The notes under the pieces: model-generated
Databases searched by the model: none
Told to the model about the DNA's origin: nothing
What the model saw: only the letters and a program-made list of their open reading frames with translations
Position numbers and translations under genes: made by a program
Assembly (NCBI GenBank): GCA_963842525.1
Contig: CAWJGT010000003.1
Location: forward strand, 1,632,001 to 1,696,000
Source of the DNA: an uncultured Holophagales bacterium
GTDB taxonomy: Bacteria; Acidobacteriota; Thermoanaerobaculia; Multivoradales; UBA5704
DNA length: 64,000 bases
Reading direction: 5' to 3'
Shown here: positions 62,178 to 64,000 of the stretch, piece by piece
Layout: every line of letters starts with the position of its first letter
Position numbering within the stretch: the first letter of the stretch is position 1

Positions 62178-63989
62178 CTACCCCTGCTTCGCCTCCAGCT
62201 CCGCCCACCGCGCATACAGGCGCTCGACGTTCTGCCGTGCCTCCTCCAGCTCCGTACAGCGGGCCTGGAGCGCGGCCGAGTCGGTGGCCACGGCGGGGTC
62301 TTCCACCGCTTCCTGCGCCGCGGCGAGGGCCTCCTCGGCCTCCATGATCTTCGCCTCCATCTGTTCCCATTCGAGCTTCTCTTTATAAGAAAGCTTTTTG
62401 GCAGGCTTCGCTTCCTTGCGAGACGGCGGCGGCTTGAGCGCGGCGGGCTTGGGCGCCTGGGCGGCTGCGCGATGGGCTTCCCACTGCGCGTAGTCGGCGA
62501 AATACTCGGCGTTTCCCTTGCCGTCCAGCGCCAGGACGTAGGTCGAGACGCTCTCCAGCAGATACCGGTCGTGGGTGACCAGGACGAGAGCTCCGGGGAA
62601 CTCCAGGAGGCTCTCTTCCAGGACCTCCAGGGTCGGGATGTCGAGGTCGTTCGTCGGCTCGTCCAGGATCAGGAGGTCCGTCGCCCGCAGCATGAGGCGG
62701 GCGATCAGGATGCGGGCCTGCTCGCCGCCGGAGAGGCGCGACACCGGCGTGTCGAGCTGCTCGGCGAGGAAAAGAAAACGTTTCGCCCAGGAGGCGACGT
62801 GGATGGGGCGGTCCTGGTAGAGGACCGTGTCCCCCTCCGGCGCCAGGGCCCGGCGCAGCGAGACCGAGCGGTCCAGGGTCTCCCGGCTCTGCTCGAAGCG
62901 GACGGTCTTCAGCCACTCCGCCCGCTCGATGGCGCCGGCGTCGGGTTGCAGGGTGCCGTCGAGCAGCGAGAGAAGAGTCGTCTTGCCGCTGCCGTTCGGT
63001 CCGATCAGGCCGAGCTTCGTGCCCGGCGTGAGCTTGAGGTCGAGGCCGGAGACGATCCGCCTGCCGTCGAACGACTTGGCGAGGCCGTGGGCCACGAGGA
63101 GCTTCTTGGTCTTGCGGTCCGAGGCGTTGAAGTCGATGCCTGCGCGGGCGCTGGTGGCCGGGCCCGTGCGCTCCTTCATCTCCTGGAGCTCGGCGATCAG
63201 CCGCTCAGCCTCATGGATACGGCCTTTCGCCTTGGTGGTCCGCGCCTTCGCGCCGCGCTTCAGCCACTCCACCTCGCGGCGGACCCGGTTGGCCAGCGAC
63301 GCCTGGTATTCCGCCTGGTTGCGCAGCACCTCGTCGCGCTTCTCCAGGAAATCGCTGTAGCTGCCCGGCGCCTGGAAGAGCCCCTCCGGATAGCGGCGGT
63401 CGAGCTCCAGCATGCGCGTGGCGACGTTCTCCAGGAACCAGCGGTCGTGGCTGACCACCAGGAAAGCCAGGGGCTCGCTGCGCAGCAGCTCCTCCAGCCA
63501 GAGGATGCCCTCCACGTCCAGGTGGTTCGTGGGCTCGTCCATCAGGAGGACGTCGGGCTGCTTGATCAGCTCGCGGGCGATGGCCAGGCGCTTCGTCCAG
63601 CCGCCTGAGAGGATGTCCACCGGCTGGTCCGGCCCCTCGAAGCCGGCCTTGCCGAGGGTGACGGCGATCCGGGCGGCCTTCTCGAAATCCTCGGCGGGAT
63701 CGTCCGCCAGCGCCGCGGTCAGGACCTCCTCGACCGTCTGCCCGGGCGGGAAGGCCGGGTCCTGCGGCACATAGCCGAGGCGGGTCCCGCGGCGCAGGGC
63801 GCGGATGCCATTGTCAGGCTCTTCGATTCCTGCCAGAATGCGCAGCAGGGTCGACTTCCCCGAGCCGTTCGGTCCGATGAGCCCCACGCGGTCTCCCTCG
63901 GACAGGCCCAGGGACAGGTTGTCGAAGAGCGGCCGGGCGCCATACCCCTTGCCGATGGCTTCGCAGCTCAGAAGGACGGCAGGTGGCAT
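62178..63989 (-). CDS. uup: ABC-F family ATPase, Uup-like
   Basis: Two NBDs (GPNGSGKS/T, LSGG, DEPTN) and C-terminal KKLSYKE coiled coil. Confidence 0.9.
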   Translation of the reverse strand: MPPAVLLSCEAIGKGYGARPLFDNLSLGLSEGDRVGLIGPNGSGKSTLLRILAGIEEPDNGIRALRRGTRLGYVPQDPAFPPGQTVEEVLTAALADDPAEDFEKAARIAVTLGKAGFEGPDQPVDILSGGWTKRLAIARELIKQPDVLLMDEPTNHLDVEGILWLEELLRSEPLAFLVVSHDRWFLENVATRMLELDRRYPEGLFQAPGSYSDFLEKRDEVLRNQAEYQASLANRVRREVEWLKRGAKARTTKAKGRIHEAERLIAELQEMKERTGPATSARAGIDFNASDRKTKKLLVAHGLAKSFDGRRIVSGLDLKLTPGTKLGLIGPNGSGKTTLLSLLDGTLQPDAGAIERAEWLKTVRFEQSRETLDRSVSLRRALAPEGDTVLYQDRPIHVASWAKRFLFLAEQLDTPVSRLSGGEQARILIARLMLRATDLLILDEPTNDLDIPTLEVLEESLLEFPGALVLVTHDRYLLESVSTYVLALDGKGNAEYFADYAQWEAHRAAAQAPKPAALKPPPSRKEAKPAKKLSYKEKLEWEQMEAKIMEAEEALAAAQEAVEDPAVATDSAALQARCTELEEARQNVERLYARWAELEAKQG

Positions 63990-64000
63990 GGCTCAGGGTC

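Overview
GC-rich bacterial DNA; the gene style suggests Acidobacteriota (Thermoanaerobaculia-like), which is an inference only. Housekeeping and secreted-enzyme genes are interleaved with accessory blocks. (1) 3-11 kb is a mobile-element pile-up: an internally deleted Rpn, an IS110 cut by a complete IS21, a complete group II intron, and a probable transposon end truncating an acyl-CoA dehydrogenase. (2) 12.6-19.6 kb holds a TIR-STAND-WD40 NLR-like gene followed by a graspetide-type RiPP cluster: an ATP-grasp ligase flanked by two homologous precursor peptides with a motif I do not recognise. (3) 20.7-33 kb holds a nucleotidyltransferase, a ligase-less Pnkp, an alpha-2-macroglobulin, and a cassette zone bounded by duplicated gene 3' ends. 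(4) 36.9-44.8 kb is a TIR / MoxR / vWA-FGE conflict operon. Its FGE domain and a second, convergent FGE gene carry a clear diversity-generating retroelement (DGR) variable-repeat signature, with only scraps of DGR machinery between them. (5) 46-52 kb is a metal-homeostasis block with a CxxC/RAPP leader peptide and a yybP-ykoY riboswitch. Many single-base frameshifts in ordinary genes are probably assembly errors. All family assignments come from motif recognition by eye, not database searches.
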